From: Octopus vulgaris | Lineage: Eukaryota | Direction of reading: 5' to 3' | Assembly (NCBI GenBank): GCA_951406725.2 | Contig: OX597821.1 | Location: forward strand, 88,598,001-88,662,000 | Length of the DNA stretch: 64,000 nucleotides | Part shown: positions 41,043 through 54,100 of the stretch, one piece after another | How positions within the stretch are numbered: position 1 is the first letter of the stretch | Layout of the letters: each line of letters opens with the position of its first letter | Notes under the pieces: model-generated | What the model was told of the DNA's origin: nothing | Databases searched by the model: none | What the model saw: only the letters and a program-made list of their open reading frames with translations | Made by a program: the position numbers and the translations under genes

Positions 41043-41532
41043 TGTGAAATAGAAAGATGAATAATCTTGTAGTAAATTAATCAAAAGTTTAACCGATACC
41101 TTAGTAGCAAAAATCACAGCAGTAAACAGCACGGTTGGAGGTACAACCATATGGTGTTGCAACCGTGCGTTGGTGCGGATAATTGAAATTAAAATATTAT
41201 TGGTGAATTGAAGAAATGGAGCTGAACGCAGATTGAACAGAAATCGTTTTATTTCATTCTACACGTGTTTCGAAAGGCACAATTTACCAAAATCCGATTG
41301 AATAATGGGACCATATTGTGTCTTTCTCTTCTGTTGTCTCTGTTCTGTTTTTGTTTTTGTTTTTTCCAACGGATTCCTAATTTTCTTCCTGAAGAGAAAG
41401 ACACAATATGGTCCCATTATTCAATCGGATTTTGGTAAATTGTGCCTTTCGAAACACGTGTAGAATGAAATAAAACGATTTCTGTTCAATCTGCGTTCAG
41501 CTCCATTTCTTCAATTCACCAATAATATTTTA
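41039..41532. mobile_element. Foldback (inverted-arm) Penelope-type non-autonomous element in (TA)n
   Basis: Perfect inverted arms 41190-41331 and 41391-41532 (142 bp) with a 59 bp spacer; TA repeats on both sides; contains a hammerhead motif. Confidence 0.8.
41381..41470 (+). ncRNA. Type I hammerhead ribozyme motif (extended stem II, palindromic stem III)
   Basis: tttcttc-CTGAAGA(41389-95)-gaaagacacaat...attgtgcctttc-GAAA(41451-54)-c-acgt-GTA^-gaa(t)gaaa; predicted cleavage after 41462. Confidence 0.75.
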
Positions 41533-41550
41533 TATATATATATATATATA

Positions 41551-41700
41551 TCTAGAAAGGAGAGTTTGTATGTGACTGTGTGTATACGTATCTTCCTTAT
41601 GCACTTCGAAACCGAATTACCGGTTTTGACGTATGGGGTATCAAAAAGATTCAATACTATTTCGGCTACCAACTAAACTTTATTTTCATTCACATACTTG
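41551..41700 (+). mobile_element. Possible Helitron-type 5' end fragment
   Basis: (TA)n-tctagaaaggagagtttgtatgtg..tccttatgcac..aaaccg..accg.ttttgac resembles the organisation of non-autonomous Helitron 5' ends; no 3' CTAG hairpin seen. Confidence 0.3.
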
Positions 41701-42715
41701 CATTACAAAAATTTAGCATTATAATCTTTTCCATAAGTCAACAATCGTAAGCATTTTATATGACGACGACGACGACGATAATGATACCATCACATTTTCT
41801 ATGTGCGTGTGTACCTTAAAAGACATCCATCATCACGACACACACTTTCCCTCCCTCGCTCTATCTCTCTCTCTCTTGCACACACGCACACGTGCGCATG
41901 CACACACAAACACACATACACACGTCCATTCCGTATACATGTACATACATCTTTCACTTTCTCATCTCCTTCACTTTCTGCTCTCTCTCTCTCCTCTTTT
42001 CGCTTTCTATTTTCTTTCAATTTCTGCTCTCTTCAAAGCATAGAGATGGAAATTTTTAGGAATGAGCGAAAGAAACAGGGAATGAGAAAAGACAGAGAGA
42101 CAAGGGAAAGAAACAGAGTCAGAAAACAAATTTCTATAGGACAAGATGAAAGACAGGGATTGCGGGTGACAGAGAAATGCTGAAGTTTCATACACTATGT
42201 ATATTATATGGTTGAAAGTGAAAGAAAGCCGGCAGAAAGTTGATTCTGTCTGTAAGATTTGTAGGTGAAGGTGTAAGAAAACCGGCACAAAGAAAGTAGG
42301 AAAGCAGGAGAGAAGGAGAAGGAGATGCGGAGAATCCCAGAAACGAGATCGGATCGCACATGTTTCTGGTCATTTTCCCTTTCGTCCTATTTTTCACGCA
42401 TGCGTAGAATTAGACATTATCTCTCTCTTTCAACTTCTCATTATAATGTACGGAAACCTTAAGCTGTCTACATGTTTACAACTTCACTAATTTCATTTCC
42501 TTCTTTAGTAATTAAAAAAGGTATGCAAAGTAACTTCCTTTGGTACACACACGCACACACAGTTAAAGTTCTGTATGAATTATGCTATTTCTGCCTGGGC
42601 GCTAAATTACAATTAAAAATCTTATGGAAATTACCTTTTCCTATTCTCTCATTCCTGTTTGTGATGAGCGCATTTCAAAACTTAGTCTTCTTTTTAAACT
42701 TACAAGGAAGTTATC

Positions 42716-42834
42716 TCCGAAAGGATGAAAAGCAAAGTCGACTTCGATGGAATTTGAACTCCGAACGTAAAGACAGACGACATAACGCTAAGCATTCGCC
42801 CGGCGTTCTAGCGTTTCTGCCAGTTCGCCACCTT
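42716..42834 (-). mobile_element. Partial SINE family A (5' half)
   Basis: aaggatgaaaagcaaagtcgac..gaatttgaactc...gcgtttctgccagttcgccacctt. Confidence 0.85.
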
Positions 42835-44068
42835 CCCTCATTGGTCTCTGTATATGTGGCTTACCAGCTAAAACTTTCCGTATGTATACTGACGCAAAAC
42901 TTATACGTTTAAAATAACATTATATTATATTGCAGCGGAATGCGTCATGGAGGTGATATACACTAGAACCAGACAGGGTGCTTAGTATAGCAGATTAGAC
43001 ATCGAAATATAGTTTGCTGTATTTTTTACTGTTAATAATTGGAAAGAAAGAAAATGAAATTAACAGTTCAGCAAACTCACAAAAACTTGACCTTTTCCGA
43101 AGAATCTGGATGAAGGAAAAAAATAAAAAGAAATGAACACTAATTATCTTTTTTTTTTCTTCTGTAAATTCGTATATTCGTTTCTTTGTGTAGTTTGCTG
43201 CGAATTTGCCGAAATGGAGGCGGAAAATAAGCCGTTGTTAACGGTGTCAACTGATGCAAGTCATATGAACATATTTCAATTTGGCATTCAGAACTCATAT
43301 CTATATTGTAGATATCCACTATTCCTCGAAAATACCAAATCCGGGATGAAACAGCGAATGATTATATCAGTGTTACATGTCGTGTTAGAAATAGTAGCCA
43401 AAGTCTCTTTAAATCGCCAAAAAACTACTGTCTCAAAATTAAAAGAAGTAACTCACTAGACGTCGGCGCACATAGAAATGTAATGTTCACTACCGAAAAT
43501 CTTTCACAATAGATGGTTTTAATAATTAATAACCCGCAGTTAAACAGCAACAATAGCAACATTTAAAAATGAATTCAGAGCAGCCAGTAGTTCACTTTAC
43601 GAAACTATATTCTTTTCTACTCTAGGTACAAGGCCCAAAACTATATTTATATACATATGTGAGATTTGACTCTAGTAGTCAGGCGTAGGGAAGCAAAAGG
43701 AAATCCAAACGGCTTCAGTAAAATACTGCTGTTTTATGGTTACACTCACCCGAAAATAATGAGAAGCAAATTTCACAAAGCTAAGATTTGAACCCGTGTC
43801 ATGAAATACTGCATACCCTGCTCCACATCTAAGCATCAAAAATAGCTTAGTCTGGCACTCATCATTTTCTCTCCTTCGCTCTTATATACATAGGAATAGG
43901 AATGAAGAATACAGGAAAACCACTAAGAGAACCAAATTAATGAAAATATAAACACAAATATAGAAACAAGCAAAAACGCTTAAGGTTTTTGCAACACACG
44001 GAAACAAAAACAGCTATTAAAAGGGCAAAATAGTTAAGTAGGTCAAAATGTCAAAATTTGGCCTTTCC

Positions 44069-44168
44069 NNNNNNNNNNNNNNNNNNNNNNNNNNNNNNNN
44101 NNNNNNNNNNNNNNNNNNNNNNNNNNNNNNNNNNNNNNNNNNNNNNNNNNNNNNNNNNNNNNNNNNNN
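44069..44168. other. Assembly gap (100 N)
   Basis: Run of exactly 100 N, a typical placeholder of unknown true length. Confidence 0.99.
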
Positions 44169-44553
44169 CATGTTATAATGTATATATAAAAATTAAAAAT
44201 TGTATAATACAGCAGCATTTTCGAACTTCATTTTTTACAAATATATATATATATATATATAGGCATGCATTCATATGTATATATATATGTATTATGTGTG
44301 TATGTATGTATAAGCGTACATTTATGCTTGTGTGTGTGTAGGTTGGATATCGAATAATCTCAGTGTATACGTACCTTCAAATGCTCAGGTATTTTTGTTT
44401 TGAAGATACCTCTTTTTCATTATTATTTTCTATTAATTAAAATACATCTTTCTTCTACCGCACATTTTTCTTCTCCCAGTCTTGTACTCTTTCCTATTCT
44501 ACCTGTTATATATTTATAACTTGTTATTCTCATAGTTAGTACCATTATCATTG

Positions 44554-44923
44554 TTAGCTCCGCCTTCGCGAAGGCAGATGTATTGTTTTTCAGTCGTGTT
44601 TGTTTGTTTGTTTATCCGCGGACAGGTATCACAAGAATCGCCGGATGGTTTAGGATGAACTTTCAATGATGTTTGGCCTCGTGACTAGCACAAACTGATC
44701 AGATTTTGAGATCGATTCGGTAGCGGTCAAGGATACGTAATTATTTTTCCTGTTTTTTCTACTTAATTTTTGAGAGCAGTCGGGTTCATTTTTAGTATTC
44801 TCGTTTGTGAGAGCAGTCGAGTTTATTTCTCATATTCTCATTTTAAAAATCGTCTCCGGCTAATCGTTGAGAAGACGTTCGTGTTGCCTCGGCGGAGGCT
44901 TCCGCTATCTGAATGCTCGTGTT
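44554..44923 (+). mobile_element. Helentron-associated non-autonomous element (HINE/DINE-1-like)
   Basis: Subterminal inverted repeats ctccgcc (44558) / ggcggag (44891), 5' palindrome gccttcgcgaaggc, (GTTT)n core and a degenerate 3' stem-loop cgctatctgaatgc; T-rich flanks. Confidence 0.75.
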
Positions 44924-44957
44924 ATCATTACTATTAGTGTTGGTGCTGATATCGCTA

Positions 44958-45191
44958 TTCTTCTTCTTCTTCTTCTTCTTCTTCTTCTTCTTCTTCTTCT
45001 TCTTCTTCTTCTCCTCCTCCTCCTCCTCCTCCTCCTCCTTTTTCTAGCAACAACAAGAAGAACAACAACAACAATAATTGTCAATATAAATATTTGTATT
45101 ATTGTTGAAGATTTGACACAGGCAGAATTTATGTGGTAGAAAGATTTTATTATCATTATCGTTATCATCATTATTATTATTATTATTATTA

Positions 45192-45235
<44 letters not shown>

Positions 45236-45240
45236 TTTTA
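44958..45240. repeat. (TTC)n/(CTC)n and (ATT)n microsatellites
   Basis: Direct read. Confidence 0.95.
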
Positions 45241-45244
45241 ATTT

Positions 45245-45404
45245 TTTATCATCTATCAATTCTGTTTCCATTACTTACCGAGTGTCTTCCTGACACCTAC
45301 CGGAGTCTGTAGTCATCTGTCAAGTCACAACAAGGACCTCAGACACATAATACTTTCCTTAAGCTGTGCGTGTGTCCAATAAGGCTGCATTGTGCAAGAT
45401 CTTG

Positions 45405-45405
<1 letters not shown>
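45245..45405 (-). mobile_element. R4/Dong-like non-LTR retrotransposon extreme 3' end between (TAG)n and (AAT)n
   Basis: Frameshifted minus-strand translation ILHNAALL../HSLRKVLCV* matches the REL-domain C-terminus LQKAALLGT.HILRKVL. Confidence 0.6.
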
Positions 45406-45891
<486 letters not shown>

Positions 45892-46224
45892 TACAGACAA
45901 CAAATAGGAGAGGCGACAGACTGTCTTCTTGAAAGATTTGTTTTTTGATATTTACCTCTCCCGGCTTATCTCCCCAAGCTGTGATGAGTTCAGTTCATTA
46001 CGTTGATTTGTATTAGCTTCAGGATATCTTTTTTTAGCAATATTTCAGGCAATGCTGAATGTTGTAGGTGCTCTACCTTCACACTTGCAACAATCAACTT
46101 TTAGCAATGCTGGTAGCTGAGTGCTGATACTTCCAGGTGCACCATTTACTATTGGTATCACGTCTACTCTTTTCATTGATCAGAACTTGCGAATTTTCCA
46201 CTTCACTTCGTCATAATTGTTTAT

Positions 46225-46422
46225 TTCTTCTTCTTCTTCTTCTTCTTCTTCTTCTTCTTCTTCTTCTTCTTCTTCTTCTTCTTCTTCTTCTTCTTCTTCT
46301 TCTTCTTCTTTCTTCTTCTTCTTTCTTCTTCTTATTCTTCTTCTTCTAAACGTAATCGATTTACTCCCTCCCCCAAAATGGCGGGCCGTGTGCATATATT
46401 TGAAAGGTTCATCATCATCATT

Positions 46423-46466
<44 letters not shown>

Positions 46467-46551
46467 CATCATCATCCTCATCATCATCATCATTTTGTGA
46501 GCAACTTACCCTCATACCGGAAATTTTTGGCCTTGTGTCAAAATCTGAAAC

Positions 46552-46611
<60 letters not shown>

Positions 46612-46636
46612 TATCATTATTATTATTATTATTATT
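46225..46636. repeat. (TTC)n, (ATC)n and (ATT)n tracts interleaved with two short SINE A tail fragments
   Basis: Fragments at about 46350-46408 and 46500-46552 resemble the variant A tail. Confidence 0.8.
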
Positions 46637-47190
46637 GAGTGAGAGAGCAGTTCATGCCATAAAAGTGACACTGGGGTAAAATATACGAAGCCCAATATAC
46701 CCATCATGACTACCCGTCTGATAAAGGTACACCAGGCACATGCATCACAACCATATGTGCGCGACATGGTGATCTCATATCAAGATAAACAGCACATGAC
46801 CTTGCAGGTGGGGCCCAGTTAGAATTTTCTTCAGGTTGAGTAACCCATCCCGCTCAAACGGTCCCTGAATAAGGGTTGTTTAAGGATGTTGAAAGAACCA
46901 CCCATGTTTCCAGAGGTGAACTATTCAAACCCCAAAGAATCCCTCTCAACACATGGCTATGATGCTCCCCCACTACTTCTGCTCGTGATCAGAGATGCAC
47001 ATATCGTCAGCCACTAAGGGACATGCTCAACTGGTTAAGGTCAAACAACTGACAAGCAAATCTGTGGTATTGAGCAGAATATTTGCTGTAGCCCATCTTT
47101 TATACCAAGACAAAACAATGTACATGATAACACTTCCAATCAGTTAAGATCAGAAGCCATGAGAGCCACTGCCTGGTACTGCATCAGGGC

Positions 47191-47191
<1 letters not shown>
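46637..47191 (-). mobile_element. Interspersed repeat family F, apparently full length (555 bp), inserted in (ATT)n
   Basis: (ATT)n on both sides; homologs at 14298 and 57028; no ORF, TIR or obvious tRNA head. Confidence 0.88.
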
Positions 47192-47251
<60 letters not shown>

Positions 47252-47776
47252 GTTTTTGTTGTTATTATTATTATTGATATTGTTGTTATCATGTCGTCTT
47301 TGTGTGACGGGAAGACCTGAGACTGGTGCTGGGCACCGGTGAAGGTATTGGGGGGGGGTGCAAAAACTTATAACATGGACGCTCGATGACATTCCACGAG
47401 TAAACAATATAAATTACGTTACGAAGATACTTGTACTGTATTTGTTGTTTATGGTCTGCATCCCTATTGTTGATGCGACTGCTGTTGTTGTCGATCTGCA
47501 TTTCCTTTACTAAGGAAATGTCCTGGGTAGTGCATGGAACGCAATAGAATAGAACAGAATAGAAAGAAAAAAATCGAAAGCAGCAAAGAATTCTCTATGG
47601 TGTTAATTTATTTTGTTGTTTTGTAGTGGAGGTGTGTCTTATACATTTACCTAACCTAACATTCTCAGACTCACCTCCACCCAGCTCTTAGCACCCGCCA
47701 AGTTGATTTTCACTCGTTGATGATATTAATGCCGTTTCGTCATTCTTTCCTCTATTATTCTTATTGTACATAATTT

Positions 47777-47811
<35 letters not shown>

Positions 47812-48111
47812 TCCTGTCATGGTGTTGAGTTTAGAAATGTTTGGTTTTGTTGTTGTTGCGCTGTAACGCATTTTTTTTGTTTCAATTTGTAATTTGTTTC
47901 TATTTTTTGTTTTATTTAAGTATTCTTTTTCTTTTTTAGATTTTTGCTGTAGATTGTGTTGTTGTTGTTGTCGTACTGCTACTTTTCCTATTCAGTATTC
48001 TTTCCGTGAGATAATGTCAAGATACCTCATACTGGAAGAATGCAGAGATAATAAATACGTAACAAAAAAATAAATAAACGATAAAAAAATATATGCATAA
48101 ATATTCTTTCC

Positions 48112-48156
<45 letters not shown>

Positions 48157-48188
48157 CACACACACGAACACGTACATATATATACATA

Positions 48189-48265
<77 letters not shown>

Positions 48266-48328
48266 ATATATATATCTATATATATATATACGTATATGTT
48301 TATTTATGTATATACATATAAACAAACA

Positions 48329-48424
<96 letters not shown>

Positions 48425-48650
48425 CATGCATGTAACTACAAACATTAATGATTAACGAAAACAAAATATAACTATTTTTACTTTATCTTTTTTAAAACTC
48501 AACAAACAAGGATGCTGAGAAAAAAATCAGCTGAAATAAACACAGTGTAGTTTAACCTTCCAACATCTCTGCCTATACACGTGACTACTCTCCCCCATCC
48601 AAACATATTATGTATTATTTACGTTTTTGTCAGTTTCCTTATAGTATATT

Positions 48651-48685
<35 letters not shown>

Positions 48686-48809
48686 CTGTCAGATGTGATG
48701 CATATTATCACAACTGCATGTATATGGTATGAGAATGACATAAATATGTATGCACAGTTATTTAGATGTTTATATTTCTAACTTTAGAAATATATATACA
48801 TATATATTT

Positions 48810-48853
<44 letters not shown>

Positions 48854-48894
48854 AAATATATATGTATATATACATATATATATATACATAAATA

Positions 48895-48948
<54 letters not shown>

Positions 48949-49188
48949 CATTTAAATATGTAAATATGTACGTTTACATATATATTAATATATACATACA
49001 CGCATACACACAAACGCATATATATTACCCATATTGCTTTTTCCTGTAAAATGTTGGTGTGTATTTGCCTTTGTGTTTCTCAATACATATGCAAGCGTGA
49101 ATGGGAGGGTTTGAGATTTTGTACATCACAGGGATGTAGAAAACCGAAAGTGTACAAAACGGAATGTGTAGGACAAAACGACAAACCA

Positions 49189-49220
<32 letters not shown>

Positions 49221-50019
49221 GTATACTCATGCATATATATATATATATATACACATGCATATATATATATATATATATATATACACATGCATATATATAT
49301 ATATACATGCATCATTACATATATGCAGACACCTATTTCTTTAGGAGGAATGTATAAATTGGATCTTCGTCTGTTTAAGAGATGTATATTCAATAGCTCG
49401 ACCGACTATACATCCATAATAGCAATGTGTGATAATGTTTATGTGCGTGTATGTGAGTATGTGCGTGTCTGTGAGTTTGTGTGTGTGTGTATGTATGTTT
49501 GAGTCTTTGTGTGTATGTGTTTGTATCAGTTAAAATAGTCTTTCGCTGTTCAATAATTTCTAAATTTTTAAATGAATAATTTATAAATTACCATTTATCG
49601 AATAATTACAATGGATGATTTTGTAGCTCTGTATTTTACACATTTATAGCTGTAATACACACATGAACTCTTAGAAATAAAATAACTTGGTCTTCTTTCA
49701 GGTTAAACTTGACTACTCTGAAAAGCGTTATTTGCTAATGCGTTTGTTGTTTAGACAGATCCGATGATTGTAATAATTTTCTTCATAGCCACGTAGTCGT
49801 TTGCTTACATGAAATCAGTGGTGACTCGGCAACAATATTTTTATACCAATATATAAATAAATACATCGTTTTCATCTAAATTACACTCCCTGGACACTAT
49901 AGCCTAATGCACACATACTCCTATCCATCTATATATCTTCATATAATGACACTGGCACTGATACTGAAACACACTGACACGCACACACACATACACGTAC
50001 ATATACACACATGCATGCA

Positions 50020-50058
<39 letters not shown>

Positions 50059-50232
50059 ATAAATATTAGGGAATAAATCCAAATTTACAGGGAAAAATCA
50101 GATTTAGAATTAAATCCAATTTTATAGTAAAATATTATATAATATAATTCGAGACAAAACCACTATTTTGCAAAACAAACAAGGAAAGACTTAATCAATA
50201 CATATAAATTTTTAATATAAAGAAATAAACCG

Positions 50233-50275
50233 CCACTACAATCGTTTCATGTCTTCAATGACATTCGTCAGGTGG
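50233..50275 (-). ncRNA. Minimal type I hammerhead ribozyme motif (inverted copy)
   Basis: Exact reverse complement of 50312-50354. Confidence 0.82.
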
Positions 50276-50311
50276 ATTTTCGATCTCCTAATCTGTTTTA
50301 AAACAGAAAAT

Positions 50312-50354
50312 CCACCTGACGAATGTCATTGAAGACATGAAACGATTGTAGTGG
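50312..50354 (+). ncRNA. Minimal type I hammerhead ribozyme motif
   Basis: ccac-CTGACGA-atgtc(attgaa)gacat-GAAA-c(gatt)GTA^-gtgg: all core nucleotides present, stem I ccac/gtgg, stem II 5 bp, minimal self-complementary stem III; predicted cleavage after 50350. Confidence 0.85.
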
Positions 50355-50439
50355 CGGTTTATTTCTTTATATTAAAATTTTTATGTATTGATTAAGTCTT
50401 TCCTTGTTTGTTTTGCAAAATAGTGGTTTTGTCTCGAAT

Positions 50440-50558
<119 letters not shown>

Positions 50559-50689
50559 CAAAATCAATGCTAATGGTTTTCATTCAAGGGCCGTTAAAAT
50601 GCACTGCAACTCCATTAATTTTCTTCCAACCTAAATATCTTGGTAGACCATAATATATCTCCTATATTCTGTACCCTTTTAATCTGTTA

Positions 50690-51110
50690 GATTATAGTTT
50701 CTGTTAAATTATTGTCAACTAATGCTGCGTCCGTCTTTATCCGTCCACTTAGTCTTGATCGATGTGTTAATATTCTTTTAGACATGTTTTAATCAGGAGA
50801 TATTTTGTACGGGAATTCCTAGATTTATTTGCTATCAGGGATTTTAATTACGGAAACGGTATTTCAGTAGAATATGGCTGACTCGATTTGCTTCCATTCT
50901 GTCTAGTATATTTTCTGTTGTCTGGCATTAGTCCAGCAAACCTGTCTTTGAAGGAGCCTTCTACGCTGATCATTTTCTACTTTTATCTTGCGTGGAGTTT
51001 GTTATCTAAAGTGTCTCTCTTTATGATTACAAGTCATGACATGAGGGAGAATTGGCCTCTTATTCTAGCAATTGCATTAAAAGAGTAGGGGCTCCAACTC
51101 TGCTTATCCT
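50690..51110 (-). mobile_element. Possible very old RTE-clade LINE 3' ORF remnant
   Basis: Fragments DRMEANRVSHILL and KTCLKEY*HIDQD resemble the RTE C-terminal region; many stops. Confidence 0.3.
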
Positions 51111-54100
51111 TCAACAGGTAAATCTAAGAGAGTTGAAATGTTTTCACAAATTTATCGGTGGTATGTCTCTCTTTCCTAGTCTGAAACCGAATTCAAAATG
51201 TCATTTTAGTAACGTCTACACCTAAAATGTATTCTCAGCAATGACTAAAAGAGTCCAAACGTCATCAAGTGTCGAAATATATCGTACTGTGCAACACATA
51301 CAAAATCATAAAATGCCACAAACCCAAGTTCAGTAATACCATTTATCACTTTTGAGCACAAAATATACTCTAAAATAGTGTCCAGATGCTAACGAAGCAA
51401 CACTATTACCCCTTGTCGAACCGAATACCAGACAGCATTTAGAATTTCTGATAATCCAATAGCGTCGTTTCATTCCAATCTTACTGAAGTATACCACAGC
51501 TATTAGAAATGATCCGATATTGTTTAGAAAATTAATTTGTTTGAAATCATTTATCTTATAAAAGCAATAAAAACTAATTTAAACATTGATTTAATTCTAT
51601 AATAATCGAATATTTTATAAGATATCAAAGCCATCTTTATTACTTACAAAAGCTTTATTTTACATAGACACCTGATAATTTCTTCGCCATAATCATATAG
51701 CTTATACTTAGATTAATAAATATAAGGTCGTTTACCAGTTTCCTCCACCTAGTTTGCTCTGCCGTCACTCGATTGCTTTTTGGTTTTAATTTCAAGCTAG
51801 TTACACTTCAGCTTTTATACATCATGAATGATGTTTCATCGAGTGACCGTTATTGGAATACAACGAAGTATAGTTGCGTATATATTCGCGTTCTGTCTTT
51901 AATAATGTTCTTTTTGACAACTGTCTACAACAATATCATTAACACTTGTATTTTTACAAGCATTCTCAGTTGTTTCTGAAGTTTGGCATTTGAAGTTGGT
52001 CCTGTTGTTCATGATGTAGAACTGTTTTGTTTTGGTTGAAGTAGAAACTCCCTTGTCTTTGTTATTTGGTTTTCTAGAGAACAGAAACCCCTTAAATGAT
52101 TTGTGGTTCCATATTTGTAGAAATGATTAAGTTTTACGTTTGCAGGTTTTATCAATAATAATATTAATATTAAAACAATAAATAAGTATTTGCAAACGGT
52201 CTCCCTTCATCGAAAACCGGTGATTGCCGTACGCCGAAGACAGGCAAATACCTAGAAACTGCAGTCCGTGCGTATCACTTAGGTTAACGAGAGAGGGATG
52301 ACCTCCCTTTGCAAATACCATAAGTGCACAGAAAGTGTGCCTAAATCCAGCTGGAGATGATGATCTCCTGGGGCTACGAGCTACAGTAACACCCACGCTT
52401 AGTGGTTAACCATATTGAGATGGCTAGTATACTTTAATATTAATTCGTTGTGACATTAAATTGTCGATTTTCCAAAATCAGAATGATCATCATTACAATC
52501 TATCTTTCCCCTGCCCATGCTAGCGTGGTAGCATGGATGGAACTGTAATACAGTTTTCTTTTAACTATATCGATCACGTGTTATATTTATCCTCTCTTCC
52601 CAAGCTATTGCTTGTATATGGCAAAAAAAATATCTTCTGATGACTGCTCTCAATATTTTTTTCCACAATGCACCGAAAGAGTCTTTTTTGTATCAGCGTA
52701 GTTGTCTCTTCTTGTCAGCTCCATTCTGAAAATAAAAGAGTTGAAAATTTAATACTTTCTTTAAATAAATATGTATTTGATAACATTTATATTCATAAAG
52801 CAGTATTAATTTTGCCATAGATGGTATTAGATCAGATTATAAATCGTAGAAATAATGAATTATTCGGGGTCTGTATTAATATCTTCAATGATAAAGACTA
52901 TTTGGGTAATTATTACTGAGAACCAATAAATTTAAACTTCTGTATTGTATATAAATAGCAAATAAAGAACATTGGTAAAATGTAACATTTCGTTCGAATG
53001 CGCATGGATATACACCAATTAACTATTTCCCCAACTTAGGTAAAACAACAACAACGACAATTCAAATCTACATACTGTACAATGATGTCAAGATTTTCCT
53101 TGGTGACCCTTTCAACCCAATTATTGGCAGAAAAATTTGTGCTCTCTCTACTATCAGCACACGTATTTCAATGACAAACAGTGTGGTTAGTTAATATACT
53201 CCAATAACTACTATCTCACTTATAACATAAACTAACGTGACTTATTATATTTTCTTATTTGTAACATAACAGCCTCCATGATTTGTCGAATGAAAATGGA
53301 AAATTTATTAGACCATAGACATATATATGAAAAAACTATACACACAGGTTAACTGCTAATCGTCTGGCTAAAAGTTTTACGAACAAAATTTTGTTGTTTA
53401 TAGTGACATGCCATTACTGCTCATCTGTGATGATATATTTTTTTTTCAATCTGTGGGACTCATAGTTCAATTTAGTCGATGCTACAGGAGACGTTACAGT
53501 AATAAGTGTAACAATCTGTTGTTTTCCATTCAATAAGAAATAAAGAAATAAACTATTCTGCGGCGATATATAATCTGTTGGATAATGGTAAGGAGGAGCA
53601 AAAAGCAAACCATATAACCTTTCTTGTGGTATTTAGTAATATTCATCTGCGTAATATATTTCTTGTCGTCTTTGTTATGCGTTATTTTCCCGTAGACAGC
53701 AAAAATATAATAGTCGAGTACTGGGACCAGTTTAATCTACTGCTCTACCCTTTACACATCAATAAAAACGTTTCTGCATTGTGTCAAAGGTCAGAAGTCA
53801 ACATTTGTATTTTCTGGATAAAATTGCGTTGTGTCACATAATCACGTATGGTATAATTGGTTCCTGTTATAGGAACATAATTGTAGTTTGAGAAGAATGT
53901 TATATTCGATTATAAAGAACCGATACTTCACAAGTGCATTATTTTGCCTTACACAGAATAGTGAAAAACAGAGTCAGCGCGTTAGGATTTACTATTTTAA
54001 GGTATATAACAGACTGCATCTGTATACATCATTACATTTTATCGTACACTCTGCCAATATTCACTGATAAGGATTCTTTTATTCGAAGTAATCTCCTCTG

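Noticed and set aside
49029-49043. Possible 15-nt minus-strand microexon (ttttacag|gaaaaagcaatatgg|gtaata)
   Set aside because: Weak polypyrimidine tract and donor; expected by chance.
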